The notes beneath the pieces are model-generated. The model did not search any database and was not told the origin of the DNA. It was given only the letters and a program-made list of their open reading frames with translations. From NCBI GenBank assembly GCA_965228475.1, contig OZ245817.1, positions 1,664,001 to 1,728,000 of the forward strand: a stretch of 64,000 bases of DNA. Direction: 5' to 3'. Shown piece after piece: positions 61,312-64,000 of this stretch (position 1 is the first letter of the stretch; the number at the start of each line of letters is the position of its first letter). This DNA is from Myxococcota bacterium (GTDB lineage Bacteria > Myxococcota_A > UBA9160 > JAFDDA01). The translations under genes and the position numbers were made by a program.

Positions 61312-62399
61312 CGAGACTGGCACTCGGCCTCCTGCTCCTCGTCCTGCCGCTTCCGGCGGACGCGGCGCGCGTGAAGGACTTCGCCTCGGTGAAGGGCGTC
61401 CGCCCGAACCAGATCATCGGCTACGGCCTGGTGGTCGGGCTCGCGGGCACCGGTGACAAGCCCCAGACCGAGTTCACCGTGCAGTCGCTCTCGAGCATGC
61501 TCTCGAAGATGGGCGTCGGCGTGGACCCCGACCTCGTGAAGGTCAAGAACGTCGCGGCCGTGATGGTGACGGGGCATCTGCCCGCCTTTTCGCGCACCGG
61601 CTCGAAGATCGACGTGATGGTTTCCTCCCTCGGCGATGCGACGAGCCTCGAGGGCGGCACCCTCCTGATGACGCCGATGCTCGGCACCGATGGCAACGTC
61701 TACGCCCTGGCCCAGGGCGCGCTCTCCGTGAACGGCTTCGCGGTCAGCGGCGGAGGCGGGAGCTCGGTGCAGAAGAACCACCCCACGGTGGGCCGGATCC
61801 CGAACGGCGCCAGCGTCGAGCGCGAGGTGCCGTACTGGATCGACGGCAAGCGCGAGTTCGAACTCGCCCTCGGCGCGCCGGACTTCACCACGGCCCTGCG
61901 CACGGTCGAAGCCATCAACCGCTACTTCAAGACGCCGGTGGCCGCGGCACGCGATGCCGGGACCCTGGCCCTGGCCGTTCCCGAGATCTACGCCGACGAC
62001 GTCGTGGGTTTCATGGCCGCCGTCGAAGGAATCGAGGTCGAGCCCGACGTTCGTGCGCGTGTGGTCTTGAACGAGCGGACCGGCACGGTCGTGATGGGCT
62101 CGAAGGTCCGCATCGACACCGTGGCCGTCTCCCACGGGAGCCTCTCGGTCACGATCAGCGCGACCAACACCGTCTCTCAGCCGCTCCCGTTCTCGGACGG
62201 CGTCACCACGCCCGTCGTGAACGACGACGTCTCCGCGGTCGAGGAGCCCTCGGCGCTCGTCGTGATCGACGGCCCGGTCACGATCGGGGAGCTCGTCCGT
62301 GGCCTGAACGCGATGGGCGTCACGCCCCGCGACCTGATCGCCATTCTGCAAGCCGTGAAAACCGCCGGAGCGCTCTCGGCGGATCTGGAGATCATGTGA
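61293..62399 (+). CDS. flgI: P-ring protein FlgI
   Basis: ARVKD, GVRPNQIIGYGLVVGLAGTGD, KNVAAVMVT, NERTGTVV; start TTG 61293 or CTG 61308. Confidence 0.95.
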   Translation: MGVSVLTRLALGLLLLVLPLPADAARVKDFASVKGVRPNQIIGYGLVVGLAGTGDKPQTEFTVQSLSSMLSKMGVGVDPDLVKVKNVAAVMVTGHLPAFSRTGSKIDVMVSSLGDATSLEGGTLLMTPMLGTDGNVYALAQGALSVNGFAVSGGGGSSVQKNHPTVGRIPNGASVEREVPYWIDGKREFELALGAPDFTTALRTVEAINRYFKTPVAAARDAGTLALAVPEIYADDVVGFMAAVEGIEVEPDVRARVVLNERTGTVVMGSKVRIDTVAVSHGSLSVTISATNTVSQPLPFSDGVTTPVVNDDVSAVEEPSALVVIDGPVTIGELVRGLNAMGVTPRDLIAILQAVKTAGALSADLEIM

Positions 62400-62731
62400 G
62401 TGACCTCGCGGCCCTTGCGGCCACCTCCTTCCGCTCGCCCCACGACGTGAAGGCGACGCCCGACCTCGAGACCGCGGCCAGCGAGTTCGAGGCCTACCTG
62501 ATCGGCGAGCTGCTGCGGCTCTCGGAGGCTTCGGCGCTCCACGAGGGGCCCCTGGCCGGTGGGCACGGCGGCAAGATGATGAAGAGTCTCTTCCACGAGG
62601 AGATCGCCCGGACGGTCGCTGCCAACGGCGGCCTCGGCGTCGCCCGGATGCTGACGACCCAGCTCGAGCCCGCGGATCCCGCGGACCCCAACGCTTCGCG
62701 CGAGGGTGATGACGAGGAGCTGGGCCGATGA
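62396..62731 (+). CDS. flgJ: Short FlgJ (rod-binding domain only, no muramidase)
   Basis: AASEFEA, GGLGVARML..QL; follows flgI. Confidence 0.82.
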   Translation: MSDLAALAATSFRSPHDVKATPDLETAASEFEAYLIGELLRLSEASALHEGPLAGGHGGKMMKSLFHEEIARTVAANGGLGVARMLTTQLEPADPADPNASREGDDEELGR

Positions 62732-63237
62732 GCCTCGCCACTCCGTCCCCGAACGAACTGCTCGACGTGCTCGAATCCGAGGAGCGCCTCTACCAGGAGC
62801 TCCGCGGCGTTCTCCAGGAAGAGCGGGAGCGCATCGTGAACCTGGATGCCGGCGGGCTCGAGGAGGTCGTCCAGCGCAAGGAGGCCCTCGCCGCCGAAGG
62901 CAAGCTGCTCGAGGAAGGCCGCATCGAGGCCGCGCGCCGCCTGGCGACCGGGCTCGGCCTTTCCGGGGAGCGCCCGACGCTCTCGGCCCTGTGCGATGCC
63001 CTCGGCGATGGGGCGAAGGAGCTCCGCGAGGCCCACAGCCGGATGGTCGCGCTCGTCGGTGCGGTCCGCGAGCTGCTCGATGCGAACGCGGGTTTCGCGG
63101 GGGAATCCCTCGGGCAGGTGCGCGGAACGCTGACGCTGCTCGGCCGACTCCTGCCGGTGAACGCGAGCTATGGGCCGGTCGTGACCGCCGCTCCGGCCGG
63201 GCCGTCGAGCGGCTCGCTCGTGCGGCGATCGGCGTAG
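62728..63237 (+). CDS. flgN: Flagellar export chaperone FlgN
   Basis: Helical protein with PTLSAL and C-terminal Y; directly before flgK. Confidence 0.8.
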   Translation: MSLATPSPNELLDVLESEERLYQELRGVLQEERERIVNLDAGGLEEVVQRKEALAAEGKLLEEGRIEAARRLATGLGLSGERPTLSALCDALGDGAKELREAHSRMVALVGAVRELLDANAGFAGESLGQVRGTLTLLGRLLPVNASYGPVVTAAPAGPSSGSLVRRSA

Positions 63238-63249
63238 GGGGCAGGGCGC

Positions 63250-64000
63250 GTGGCGAATCTCTTCGGTGTGCTCGACACGGCTTCGCGTGGGTTGTTGATC
63301 AACCAGCGCGGAATCGGCGTGACGGGCCACAACATCGCCAACGCCGGGAACACGGACTACTCGCGCCAGCGGCAGGTGCTCGAAGCGGCGCGGCCGATGC
63401 AGAGCCCGGAAGGCGCGATCGGCCTCGGCGTACGCCAGGTCGCGATCGAACGCATCACGGATCAGTTCCTCGCGCGGGCGCTGGTCGAGGAGCGCAGCGC
63501 GAACGGCTCGATCCAGGTGCAGTCGGACGCCCTGAACGCCCTCGAGACGATCTTCAACGAGCAGCAGGGCCCCGGTCTGACGGCGGCGCTCTCGGACTTC
63601 TACAACGCCTTCGAAGAGCTCACGGCTTCGACGGACCCGACGGGCGGGACCGAGCGAGCGCTCGTGGTCTCGCGCGCGGAGGCCGTCGCGGCCGAGTTCC
63701 AGCGCATGGACGCCCAGATCCGGGACCAGCAGCGGGCCGCCGACCGCGGCATCCGCGGCACCGTCGACCAGATCAACGGCCTGACGGCGCGCATCCAGGA
63801 GCTGAACGACGAGATCGTCCGGGCTGAGGTCACGGCCCCCGCGAACGACCTGCGCGACCTGCGTGACGCGGCTCTGCGGGAGCTCGCGTCGCTCGTCGAC
63901 GTCCAGACCTTCGAGCAGGCCGAGGGCGATCTCGTCGTGATGATGGGCAGCAACGGCCTTCCGCTCGTCGAAGGCCAGACCGCCCGGCAGCTCGTGGCCA
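63250..64000 (+). CDS. flgK: Hook-associated protein FlgK, 5' part (truncated by window end)
   Basis: VTGHNIANAGNTDYSRQR, GLGV, NDLRDLRD; not in the ORF track because it has no stop in the window. Confidence 0.93.
   Translation, partial: MANLFGVLDTASRGLLINQRGIGVTGHNIANAGNTDYSRQRQVLEAARPMQSPEGAIGLGVRQVAIERITDQFLARALVEERSANGSIQVQSDALNALETIFNEQQGPGLTAALSDFYNAFEELTASTDPTGGTERALVVSRAEAVAAEFQRMDAQIRDQQRAADRGIRGTVDQINGLTARIQELNDEIVRAEVTAPANDLRDLRDAALRELASLVDVQTFEQAEGDLVVMMGSNGLPLVEGQTARQLVA

Noticed and set aside
62396..62731. Short flgJ as a pseudogene
   Set aside because: Muramidase-less FlgJ is a common natural form, and it is coupled to both neighbours.
42434..64000. Non-flagellar type III secretion system
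   Set aside because: Stator, FliL, FlhF/G, rod, L/P-ring and FlgK genes identify a true flagellum.

Overview
A very GC-rich bacterial chromosome segment. Gene content and synteny suggest a deltaproteobacteria-like organism, possibly Myxococcota (inference only). The left half is housekeeping: lepA-lepB, a PyrR-controlled pyrR-pyrB-pyrC-carA-carB operon, recG, a leucine-attenuated short leuA, a K+-independent H+-PPase, and aminotransferase-hom-thrC-ribE. The middle holds a two-module PEP-CTERM polyprotein, mgtE, a stand-alone KH protein, an acyl-CoA ligase, ribosomal bS22, a K/R/A/T-only histone-like protein, a pilT plus His-less kinase operon, a LapG-like protease, yhhQ and the first of two paralogous secreted vWA proteins. 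The right part is a flagellar cluster: PomA/PomB-like stator, kinase plus sigma54 activator, fliL-M-N-(fliO::fliP fusion)-Q-R-flhB-flhA-flhF-flhG, an HDOD gene, the second vWA paralog, then sigma54-driven flgF-G-A-H-I-J-N-K. Highlights: (1) fliA and flgM are both absent from their usual slots, yet sigma28-type promoters precede the histone-like gene, pilT, motA and the kinase/sigma54-activator genes, hinting at a rewired developmental or dispersal regulon; (2) two apparent polyproteins split by internal signal peptides; (3) a His-to-Arg pseudokinase. No tRNA, rRNA, CRISPR array or mobile element was recognised.
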